DNA of 64,000 nucleotides, from contig OY970309.1 of the NCBI GenBank assembly GCA_963716395.1, forward strand, positions 1,536,001 to 1,600,000. The letters run 5' to 3'. This DNA is from an uncultured Fibrobacteria bacterium (GTDB taxonomy: Bacteria; Fibrobacterota; Fibrobacteria; UBA11236). Shown here one piece after another: positions 37,199 through 45,570 of the stretch. Position 1 is the first letter of the stretch, and each line of letters opens with the position of its first letter. A program made the translations under genes and the position numbers. The notes beneath the pieces are model-generated. The model did not search any database, had not been told where the DNA came from, and was given only the letters and a program-made list of their open reading frames with translations.

Positions 37199-38058
37199 CC
37201 CTTGGCGGCGTCGGAGAGCCGCTGCAACACCCAGGCGTGCAGGGCTGGCGTGGCGGCGAGCAGGCCGTGGTGCACCCCCATCGAAGCGGCGCGAAAGTCG
37301 AGGGCCCGGCCCTCCAGGGCGGTCAGAACGCCGCCAGCCTCGGCCAGCACGACGTGGGGGGCGCAGACATCCCACAGCGACATGCGGTTCTCGGGCGGAG
37401 CCACGAAGGCGGTATAGGGGCCGCGCGCGATTTCGCAGATCTTGAGCGAGCCGTCCATGGCCGTGGCCGGGGGATGTCCCAGCCGCGCCAGCAAAGCTTC
37501 GACGGCCGCATTGCGCCGGCCGCGCGAGACCAAAATTCTTGGCTCCACGTCCGGAGAAACGCGCAGACGCGTCCACGCAGCGGCTTGAAACGGGTCGGCC
37601 GCCGTCAGCCAGGCGCCTTCGCCCTCCGCCGCCCAGAACAGCTCGCGCGTCTCGGGGCGATAGGCCATGCCCAGGCGTGGTGCGCCGTCGACGGTGAGCC
37701 CGAGCAGAATGCCGTAATGGTCGCCGCCGTGGACGAAGCTCGAGGTCGAGTCGAGCGGGTCGACCATCCAGCAGCGGCAGGCGTTGCGCCAAACCCCGGC
37801 CGTGCGGGATTCGTGGGTTTCTTCGTTCAAGACCCCGTCGGCGGGGAACAGTGCTTCGAGATGGCGATCGAGAAACAGCGCGCAGCGGTGATCGAGTTCG
37901 GTGACCAGGGAGTGGTCGGCCTTGCGGCGGACCTCGGTGAGGCCGGGACGCCCTGCGCGCAGCATCGTCCCCGCCTCCACCAACAGCGGCAGCAGGGCTG
38001 CGGATTCGGCTTGGAAGCGGGAAGCCGCGAACGGGAGTCGCGGCGGCGTCCTGTTCAT
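37195..38058 (-). CDS. Inositol monophosphatase/CysQ-family phosphatase
   Basis: KADHSLVTELD, NEE, WMVDPLDSTSSF, WDVCAPHVVLAEAGG. Confidence 0.88.
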   Translation of the reverse strand: MNRTPPRLPFAASRFQAESAALLPLLVEAGTMLRAGRPGLTEVRRKADHSLVTELDHRCALFLDRHLEALFPADGVLNEETHESRTAGVWRNACRCWMVDPLDSTSSFVHGGDHYGILLGLTVDGAPRLGMAYRPETRELFWAAEGEGAWLTAADPFQAAAWTRLRVSPDVEPRILVSRGRRNAAVEALLARLGHPPATAMDGSLKICEIARGPYTAFVAPPENRMSLWDVCAPHVVLAEAGGVLTALEGRALDFRAASMGVHHGLLAATPALHAWVLQRLSDAAKG

Positions 38059-38891
38059 GTTACCGTGCCCGCAAAGTGTCGGTCGACCGCCTCGGCGACC
38101 CCGCATGCGGCCGCGGCCGCGACGGTTTCCTGGGCACATTCCCGCACCGCCGCGGGGGCATTGGCCACCGCAATGGATCGGCCCGCGCTCCGCAGCAGCG
38201 GCATATCGTTGGCCGAGTCGCCGACGGCCACGGCCTCCGCCAGATCCAATCCCAGCCACGCGGCCGCGCGGCGCGCGCCGGAAAGTTTGGAAACGCCTTG
38301 CGGCGTGATTTCCAGCATTGAGCCCGCGTAAAAGGTGTTGCGGATGAGCGCGGTTTCCAGCGGCAGCGGCGCCAACGCCATCTGGGCGCGCCGCAATTCC
38401 TCCTCGGGTCCGAGCAGGATGAGTTCGACCACTTCGAGGTCGCGCAACTCGCGGCTTTCGCGCCAGGTCCGGCAGCATCCCGCGTTCTTGGCCACGAAGT
38501 CGCCGTTTAAGAGGCTCAAGCGCCGATAATGCACGTCGACCCCGTCGGCGGGATTGTGGCTCAAGGCGATGGGGTCCCAGCCCAGGGCGTCCAGGACTTC
38601 CAGTGTCGCCATCTTTTGCTCGGCGGGAAAGCTTTCCGCATGCACGACGTCGCCGGTGTCCAAAGCGTGCATGCGCATGCCGTTGTTCACGATAGCCAGA
38701 TCGGCGAGGGCCGCGAGCCCGAAACGGTCCACCAGGCGGCGCAAGGTACTCCAGCGTCTTCCCGTGGCCAGCACCACGGGAATGCCCTGCCGGCGGCAAT
38801 GCTCCAGCGCCGCGCGGTTACGTGGGGGCAAGCCGCCCGCGTCGTCGAGCAAGGTTCCGTCGATATCGGTGATGAGCCAGCGAAAGGACAC
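38055..38891 (-). CDS. Cof-type HAD hydrolase
   Basis: [32 protein letters not shown] start inferred. Confidence 0.9.
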   Translation of the reverse strand: MSFRWLITDIDGTLLDDAGGLPPRNRAALEHCRRQGIPVVLATGRRWSTLRRLVDRFGLAALADLAIVNNGMRMHALDTGDVVHAESFPAEQKMATLEVLDALGWDPIALSHNPADGVDVHYRRLSLLNGDFVAKNAGCCRTWRESRELRDLEVVELILLGPEEELRRAQMALAPLPLETALIRNTFYAGSMLEITPQGVSKLSGARRAAAWLGLDLAEAVAVGDSANDMPLLRSAGRSIAVANAPAAVRECAQETVAAAAACGVAEAVDRHFAGTVT

Positions 38892-38919
38892 GGGCTTTAT
38901 TAAGCATTTTTTTCGCGCC

Positions 38920-39282
38920 ATGGCCAAATGGGATTTGCCCGCCGGCGACGAGGAACTTTTGGCCCAATGCGAGGTCGAAACCTTTCACGCCTCCGGCAAG
39001 GGCGGACAGCACGTGAACAAAACCGAAAGCGCGGTGCGGCTGCGGCACCGGCCTACCGGCCTCGTGGCCAGTTGCCAGGAATCGCGCAGCCAATGGCAGA
39101 ACCGCCGGCGTTGCCTGCAGAAGCTGCGGGCGCAGGCGGCGGCGCGCAGCTTCGTACCCAAACCGCGCGTGCCCACCTCCAAGACCGGCGCGGCGCGGCG
39201 CAAAAGCCGCGCGGCCAAAATCCGGCACTCCCAAAAAAAAATCCGGCGCACGGCGCGCGATTGGCGCGATGAAGAAGCCTGA
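38920..39282 (+). CDS. GGQ peptidyl-tRNA hydrolase, ArfB/YaeJ-like ribosome rescue factor
   Basis: [25 protein letters not shown], basic C-terminal tail. Confidence 0.85.
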   Translation: MAKWDLPAGDEELLAQCEVETFHASGKGGQHVNKTESAVRLRHRPTGLVASCQESRSQWQNRRRCLQKLRAQAAARSFVPKPRVPTSKTGAARRKSRAAKIRHSQKKIRRTARDWRDEEA

Positions 39283-39324
39283 AACGCGCGGCCGCATTCC
39301 CGGGATTGTGCGATAATGGAGGCC

Positions 39325-40677
39325 ATGAAACCCCGCGCGCTGGTGGTCGACGACGAAGCTTCGCTGTGCAGTCTGCTCGAGGTGTTTTTCGAGCGCCGTG
39401 GCTTCGAGGTCGATACGGCCCAAAACCGGCGCGAGGTGCAGAACCTGCTCGGCAAGCCCGAGCCCATGCTGGCCATGGTCGACCTGGCCCTGGGCAAGGA
39501 TTCGGGGCTGGCCGTGCAGCAGGATCTCAACGCCCGCTTCACCGCTTTGCCGGTGGTGGTCATGACCGCATACGGCACGGTGGAAAAGGCGGTGGAGGCC
39601 ATCAAACTCGGGGCGTTTGATTTCATCACCAAGCCCTTCGACATGGATTTTCTGGGCAAAGTGGTCGACAAAGCCCTGGCCACCCGCGCCTTGCAGGGCG
39701 AAAACCGGGAATTGCGGGCTTTAATCCACCGGCCTGCGGTGGAACTCATCGGATCGTCGCCGGTTCTGGCCACGCTGCGCACGCGCATCGAGGCCGCGGC
39801 CCCGTCCGACAGCACCGTGCTCATCACCGGCGAAAGCGGCACCGGCAAAGAGCTGGTGGCCAAGCTCATCCACCAGAAATCGCGCCGCGTGGGCAAACCC
39901 TTCGTGGTCGTGAATTGCTCGGCGTTGTCCGAAAACCTGCTCGAGTCGGAGCTGTTTGGGCATGTCAAGGGTGCTTTCACCTCGGCCCATGCCGACAAAG
40001 AAGGCCTGTTTTCGGTGGCGGACGGCGGCTCGGTTTTTCTCGACGAGATCGGCGACATGCCGCTCAAAACCCAGGTCAAGCTATTGCGCGTGCTACAGGA
40101 GCGCGAGGTGACTCCCGTGGGCGGCACCGCCGCGCAGAAGATCGATGTGCGCGTGCTGGCCGCCACCAATGTGGATTTGGAACAGGCCGTGGCCCAGGGC
40201 CGTTTCCGCGAAGACCTGTACTACCGGCTCAATGTACTGCGTCTGCAAACGCCGCGGCTGGCCGACCGCCAGGATGACGCCGTGATTCTCGCCACGCATT
40301 TTCTGAAGAAGAAAACCCGCGACCGCAAACGCTTTTCCCCCCAGGTGCTGGCCGAGATCAAAGCCTATTCCTGGCCGGGAAACGTGCGACAGTTGGAGAA
40401 TGCCGTGGAACGCGCCATCGCCTTCGCACCCGACGAAGTCATCGAAACCCTGGATTTGGATGCACCGCGCGAAGCGCCCGAGAAGTCCGGGGAGGGCGAA
40501 CCGGCCCTCGAGGCCGCGGCATTTCCGCCCTCGCTGGTCGAGGTCGAGAAAGCCTACATCCAATGGATTCTGATGCAGCACCAATGGCAGAAACCCAAGG
40601 CCGCAAAGGTTCTGGGCTTGGATATTTCCACCCTTTATCGGAAAATCGAACGATACGGGTTGAAGCAAAACCCGTGA
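39325..40677 (+). CDS. Sigma-54-dependent response regulator (NtrC family)
   Basis: Receiver domain (VVDDE, D, KPF), [44 protein letters not shown], Fis-type HTH. Alternative start at 39316. Confidence 0.93.
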   Translation: MKPRALVVDDEASLCSLLEVFFERRGFEVDTAQNRREVQNLLGKPEPMLAMVDLALGKDSGLAVQQDLNARFTALPVVVMTAYGTVEKAVEAIKLGAFDFITKPFDMDFLGKVVDKALATRALQGENRELRALIHRPAVELIGSSPVLATLRTRIEAAAPSDSTVLITGESGTGKELVAKLIHQKSRRVGKPFVVVNCSALSENLLESELFGHVKGAFTSAHADKEGLFSVADGGSVFLDEIGDMPLKTQVKLLRVLQEREVTPVGGTAAQKIDVRVLAATNVDLEQAVAQGRFREDLYYRLNVLRLQTPRLADRQDDAVILATHFLKKKTRDRKRFSPQVLAEIKAYSWPGNVRQLENAVERAIAFAPDEVIETLDLDAPREAPEKSGEGEPALEAAAFPPSLVEVEKAYIQWILMQHQWQKPKAAKVLGLDISTLYRKIERYGLKQNP

Positions 40678-40703
40678 ATTGTGAATACCATTTGGGCTTT
40701 TCT

Positions 40704-42902
40704 ATGCCGCATTTCCGCCGCCGTCCGGGTCTTGTCTTCGACCGCACACGCCTTTTCCTCGGCGTGCTGTTGGCGGCGGCCCTTTGTGCCGGAACGGTTC
40801 GTGGCGCCACGTCCGATGCCTTGCTGCAGCAATGGCGCCAAGCCCTGGCGGCCCGGTTTCAGTTCGAAAGCGATCATCCCGCCGCGGCCGCGCTCTTTTC
40901 GGGCCGGCGCGATTTTTCCGGAACCGCGGCGTGGCTGGATTCGCTGCGCGGCCCGTTTTGGAATTCGGATTCCACCCTGCGCGGATGGAATCTCGTCGCC
41001 CAGGCCCTGCTGCTGAACGCCCCACAACCCTCTGCGGCGGATCGCGCCCTCGCGGAACTTTCGCGCCGCTGGGCCGCCTATCCCGGTTGGTTGTACGAGG
41101 CGGCCAAAACCGCCGACCGCGCCGGCGCCGCGCGGCTGGCCGATTCGCTGCGCCTCAATCTGCGCCGGGCTCTCCTGGCGCAAGGGTACCGGCGTGTGCC
41201 GGAATTCGCAGCCGCCAGCCTGTGGACCGGCCTGGAACACATGCGTGTAGGCCGTTATGATCGCGCCCGCGCCGCTTTCGACTTGGCCGCGGCGTTCGAC
41301 CCGATTTGCCCGTGGGTTCCCTGGGCCCAGCTCGAAAACTCCATACACGCCTCCGGCCCCTGGCACCTGAATCTGGGGGAGACCTGGGATTATCTGAGTC
41401 AGACCTTTCGGCTGCTGCGTTTTTTCGGCAATCAGTTATTGCTCGCCTACAACGTGCTGCACGCGCTGCGCCTGGGATTTCTGTACTTCGGATTTGCCTG
41501 CCTGGTGGTTTTGTTCGCGCGCCATTTTTCGCGCCTCGCGCATCCTTGGGCCGAGCGCCTGCCCGGCAACGTCGATTTGCAGGTACGCTATGCGGCCATC
41601 GCCATGGTGCTCTTGGGTGCAGCCGTGGCCGGCGCCGGCATGGGCATCGCCGCCATGGCGGTGTTCCCCTGGATTTGGCCCCACGCCAACCCCGGCGAAA
41701 GGCGTCTGATGCGCTGGCTGCTGGCCGGACTGTTTTTACTGCCGGCGGCGCATTGGAGCGAACGCGTTTTGCTGCGGGCTTGGGATCCGCAAGATGCCCT
41801 GCATGCCTTTCATCTGGCTTCGACGCGCGGCTTTGATCCCGCCGTGCTGCAATTAGCCCGCGAGCAGAAGCCCCGGGATTCTTCCGACGCGGCGTATCTG
41901 GCTTTGGCGCAATCGCTGCAATACAAGAAGCAGGGAAATTACCGGCGCGCCCTGGAAACCGTCGAGGCGGCGCCCGAAAGCACCACCGTCCAACCTTTGC
42001 TGGAAATTCAAACAGCTGATTTGGCGTTTCTGGGATTCGATTATGCCCGGGCCGAGTCTTTGTTGACGCAAGCCAGTGGTAGGGCCGGAAACCGCGTCGA
42101 CCTGTGGTTCAATGCCAGTCAGGCCGCCCTTTTCCAAAACAGTTCGAGCCGCAACAAAGAATATCTCGATCGGGCGGCGTCTGCCGATGCCACCTTGGTG
42201 ACGAATTTCCTCAAAGAGAACGACGATTTGTTCGGCTCCAATGTGCCGGCCAACCGGCGGTTGATGGATCCCACGCTCCGCTCCAGTTCGGTCCTCTACG
42301 CGGCGATTTCCAACCGGGGTTGGACGCAACTTTTGACCGCGTCGGTTCCGAGCGGTTTGCTCGTTTTTCCCGGTGGCGTGTGGCTGGGCCTGTGTCTGGC
42401 TGCAAGCGTTCTGGTGTTCGTGCGTGCGCGCCAGAACTTCGTCACCCGGGGCAAGGCGGTCTTCCAATGCAAAATATGCGGAAGGATTATGTGCCGTACC
42501 TGCCGGAAAGGCGTACATTGCGCGCACTGTTTTAAAACCGTATCGGGCGTGGCCGAACCCAAGATGCGGCTGCAATTAATCGAACGCCTGCGCCTGCGCA
42601 GCCAGTCCTTGACCCTGGTCTTGTTCCGCGCCCTGAATGTGATGGCGCCCGGCAGCGGTTGGCTGTTCCTGGGACGGGCCGATACGCATCTTTTGCGCAT
42701 GCTGTGTGTCTCGATGCTGCTGGCCTGGACGTATCAGGCCCATCACGCCATCCTGGAATATCCGCGCTTCGCGCCGGGCCTCCTGGTGTCGCTGCCGGGT
42801 GTTCTGGTGGTCGCCTATTACGCCGGCACGCTGTGGCGTACCTATCTGTGGCGTAAAGGCGAGTCGCCACCGGTGGCCGCCGAAACGGGAGACGGGCTAT
42901 GA
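40704..42902 (+). CDS. Multi-TM TPR-like protein with Cys-rich zinc-binding motif
   Basis: Signal/TM segments, helical TPR-like blocks, CKICGRIMCRTC..HCAHC. Confidence 0.7.
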   Translation: MPHFRRRPGLVFDRTRLFLGVLLAAALCAGTVRGATSDALLQQWRQALAARFQFESDHPAAAALFSGRRDFSGTAAWLDSLRGPFWNSDSTLRGWNLVAQALLLNAPQPSAADRALAELSRRWAAYPGWLYEAAKTADRAGAARLADSLRLNLRRALLAQGYRRVPEFAAASLWTGLEHMRVGRYDRARAAFDLAAAFDPICPWVPWAQLENSIHASGPWHLNLGETWDYLSQTFRLLRFFGNQLLLAYNVLHALRLGFLYFGFACLVVLFARHFSRLAHPWAERLPGNVDLQVRYAAIAMVLLGAAVAGAGMGIAAMAVFPWIWPHANPGERRLMRWLLAGLFLLPAAHWSERVLLRAWDPQDALHAFHLASTRGFDPAVLQLAREQKPRDSSDAAYLALAQSLQYKKQGNYRRALETVEAAPESTTVQPLLEIQTADLAFLGFDYARAESLLTQASGRAGNRVDLWFNASQAALFQNSSSRNKEYLDRAASADATLVTNFLKENDDLFGSNVPANRRLMDPTLRSSSVLYAAISNRGWTQLLTASVPSGLLVFPGGVWLGLCLAASVLVFVRARQNFVTRGKAVFQCKICGRIMCRTCRKGVHCAHCFKTVSGVAEPKMRLQLIERLRLRSQSLTLVLFRALNVMAPGSGWLFLGRADTHLLRMLCVSMLLAWTYQAHHAILEYPRFAPGLLVSLPGVLVVAYYAGTLWRTYLWRKGESPPVAAETGDGL

Positions 42903-43981
42903 TCCTTCAAGGCGAACTGCGCGATTTTTCCCTGCCCGACGTGCTGCAACTTTTATGGCAGCAGAAAAAAAGCGGCGCCCTCACCGTGACTCAAGCGGGT
43001 TCCGAAAAGCGCACGGCGGAAATATTCATCTCGCAGGGAAACATCGTGGGCGTCAGCGTGCAGGGGCGTACACCGGAAAACAAGATTCAGGAAATCCTGA
43101 CCGCTTCCGGCCGGGTGTCGCCGCAGGAAATGGCCGAGCTGGAAACCTTTGCGCGCGACATGGGTCGACCTTTGCTCAGCACGCTTACGGCCAAGGGGTT
43201 GATCCAAGATGCGCAGCGCGAAACGTGGTTTCAAATGGCCGCCGAAGACATGGTGTGCGATTTGTTTGCCTGGAATGACGGACAATACGCCTTTTCCACC
43301 ACCCAGCGCAGCCTGCCGCATGCGCTCGGGACCCTGCGCCTCTCCACCGAGTTCGCTTGCATGGAAGGTATGCGGCGCGTGGACGAATGGCCGCATCTCC
43401 ATGAAGCCCTGACGTCGGATCAAATTGTGTTCCAGGTCACGAGTACGCCGCCCACCGAAGCCTTGGGCGAATGGGAGGCGTTCACCTTGGAAGTGGTGAA
43501 TGGTCGGCGCTCTTTGGCGGAAATCGGGCGCCTGGTCCCTTTCGGCGCTTTCCGGCTTTACGAGTGCATCCTAAATTTGTGGAAATCGGGTTGCATCGAA
43601 CCGACCGGAAGCGTCTCGGCTCAGCCGGCCGAGGCGCTGCCGATCGTGCAACAATCCGATCGGGATCAAAAAACGGCGCTGGTGCTGGGTTTGGCCGCGG
43701 TCTTTCTCCTGTTTATGCTTTTACTGCGGGGTGTGGGGATGTGGGTCGAATTGCAGGGCAACATTCCTCTGCGCCGGGTGGAAACGCGTGTGCGCGCCGA
43801 CTTCGCGCGGCGTAATGCGGAGGTTTTCGTGCTGCAAGACGCCTCTGCAAGGGGGGCGTACCCTCCCGACCTCGACGCCTTGGTGCGTGCGGGAATGCTG
43901 TCGGTGCCCGAAGCCGACGGCCCGGCCGGAGCGCGTTTGCTTTACCACCGTAACGGTGCCCTGGATTTTGTACTGGAATAG
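42899..43981 (+). CDS. DUF4388 domain membrane protein
   Basis: LQGELRDFSLPDVLQLL...KSGALTV, LFAWNDGQYAF, MEGMRRVDEW; C-terminal TM followed by YP..L..LV..G.L. Confidence 0.82.
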   Translation: MILQGELRDFSLPDVLQLLWQQKKSGALTVTQAGSEKRTAEIFISQGNIVGVSVQGRTPENKIQEILTASGRVSPQEMAELETFARDMGRPLLSTLTAKGLIQDAQRETWFQMAAEDMVCDLFAWNDGQYAFSTTQRSLPHALGTLRLSTEFACMEGMRRVDEWPHLHEALTSDQIVFQVTSTPPTEALGEWEAFTLEVVNGRRSLAEIGRLVPFGAFRLYECILNLWKSGCIEPTGSVSAQPAEALPIVQQSDRDQKTALVLGLAAVFLLFMLLLRGVGMWVELQGNIPLRRVETRVRADFARRNAEVFVLQDASARGAYPPDLDALVRAGMLSVPEADGPAGARLLYHRNGALDFVLE

Positions 43982-43983
43982 CC

Positions 43984-44796
43984 ATGCCGCTCCTGCTCAA
44001 ACCCCATCGCGTGGCCTCGCCGGCAGAAATTCTTGAAGCCGATCCCCGTTGCCAGAAATTCGTGCAAAGCTCCACGACGCTGGCGTATTGCTGTTTACTG
44101 ATCCGCCGGGGTGACTTGGATTTGGCGCGCCACGTTTGGAAGGTGTTGGCCGAGAACCAAGAGGCCGCTTTCCGCGACGAGTTGGTGTACTTGCAAGCCT
44201 GGATGGACATGAAAGCCCAGGATTTTGCCGCCGCCAAGGCCGCACTCCTGGGCCGCCTGGAAGCCCTGCCGGGCGATATGGCCGCACTTTCCCTCTTGCA
44301 GGCCTGTCTGGTGCTGGAACTGGATGAGAAAGCCCGCGGGTCCGCCAAATCCTACGCGTCTACCAAACCCGCTCCGGTCTTTACGTCGCCCTCCGCTCAG
44401 GGCGCCATTTCGACACCACCCGGCGCGACGGAAGCGCCGCCCTCCGAAAACAACCCCTATCAAACGGTGCTCTCCGATCCGCAAACCCGTGGTCTGGCGT
44501 TGTGGTCGGCCGGCGGCGAAGTCGAAAACTTAGGATCGGGCGAAGGGGAAGCGCTCGCCGCTGCGTTACCCGAATTGTTTCCAGCCTGGTTGGCCGAGGC
44601 GGTGGGAAACCTGGAAGGCGGAGAGGCGGTAAAAATCTGCTTCGCCTTTGAACACTGCACCGTCACCACATGGCATGGTGGCGGTCGGAACGCCGGACTG
44701 GTAACCGGGCCCTTGCGGCAATCGTTGCTCACCCTGGCCCGCGCCGAAAAAATTTTCCGCGCGTCCCCGCAGCCTCCGGTCCCGGAGGTCGCATGA
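43984..44796 (+). CDS. Hypothetical protein (TPR-like N-terminus, possible degenerate roadblock C-terminus)
   Basis: Helical N-terminus, Pro/Ser/Ala linker, alpha/beta C-terminal ~110 aa. Operon-coupled. Confidence 0.55.
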   Translation: MPLLLKPHRVASPAEILEADPRCQKFVQSSTTLAYCCLLIRRGDLDLARHVWKVLAENQEAAFRDELVYLQAWMDMKAQDFAAAKAALLGRLEALPGDMAALSLLQACLVLELDEKARGSAKSYASTKPAPVFTSPSAQGAISTPPGATEAPPSENNPYQTVLSDPQTRGLALWSAGGEVENLGSGEGEALAAALPELFPAWLAEAVGNLEGGEAVKICFAFEHCTVTTWHGGGRNAGLVTGPLRQSLLTLARAEKIFRASPQPPVPEVA

Positions 44797-45218
44797 GCGC
44801 GGCCCGCACGGCGGCCGAAGTGAATCGCCTTTTGGAAGCGGCCGAGCCCTCCGCCTGTCTCGGATATCTCAGTTTGGTGAACGGCATCGACGGCGCGGTG
44901 TTATTCGACCATCAGGGTTGGGCCATGGCCACGGGCGAAGAAACCACCGAAAACCTGCTTCTCGAAGCGCCGTATTTTCTTTTTCATTTCCAGGAAGTGC
45001 TCCGGAATTTTCAGGAGTTGGGACTCGAGCCGCTGGAGTCCCAAGTCGCGTTTGGCGGCGCGAAATTTTATCTCGTCCTCAATTTGGAGCGGGAAAGCCG
45101 GTTTTTTTTAGTAGTTTCCGGCGCGCGGGGAAGTTACGATCTCTTCAAATACCGGGTGGACCGCGGAGCCCAGGCCATCGTGGGCCTGCTTCACGGTCGC
45201 GGCTATTTCCGGAGTTGA
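44793..45218 (+). CDS. Roadblock/LC7-like protein
   Basis: L..VNGIDGAVLFDHQG, LGLEPLE, FFLVV pattern. Start MSAART overlaps the upstream stop. Confidence 0.6.
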   Translation: MSAARTAAEVNRLLEAAEPSACLGYLSLVNGIDGAVLFDHQGWAMATGEETTENLLLEAPYFLFHFQEVLRNFQELGLEPLESQVAFGGAKFYLVLNLERESRFFLVVSGARGSYDLFKYRVDRGAQAIVGLLHGRGYFRS

Positions 45219-45222
45219 ACCC

Positions 45223-45555
45223 ATGCAAGCGGTCTTGGAGCGAATCAACCGGATCAAAGGCGTTAAGGGTTCCAGCATCGTGGGATCCGACGGAATCGAA
45301 ATCGTCTCGGCCTTCCGGGCCCCGGTCCCCTCCGAATTCATCAGCGCCTTGATCGTTTCGATTCAGCAAGCGGCGGCCAAAATCGTGGCGGCCGCAGAGA
45401 CCGGCTCTTTGCTGCAAACCATGATTGAAGCGACCGAAGGAAAATTTTTTGTCCAAGTGGTAGGATTGGGATATCTTGTGGTCTTGGCCGACAGCCAAGC
45501 CAACGCGGGATTAATCCGAGTAGAAATAACCCAAGTCAGCCCCTTGATCAAATAA
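45223..45555 (+). CDS. Roadblock/LC7 protein (MglC-like)
   Basis: IKGVKGSSIVGSDGIEI, GSLLQTMIEATEGK, YLVVLAD..ANAGLIR. Confidence 0.85.
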   Translation: MQAVLERINRIKGVKGSSIVGSDGIEIVSAFRAPVPSEFISALIVSIQQAAAKIVAAAETGSLLQTMIEATEGKFFVQVVGLGYLVVLADSQANAGLIRVEITQVSPLIK

Positions 45556-45570
45556 GCAGAGGACGATCCT

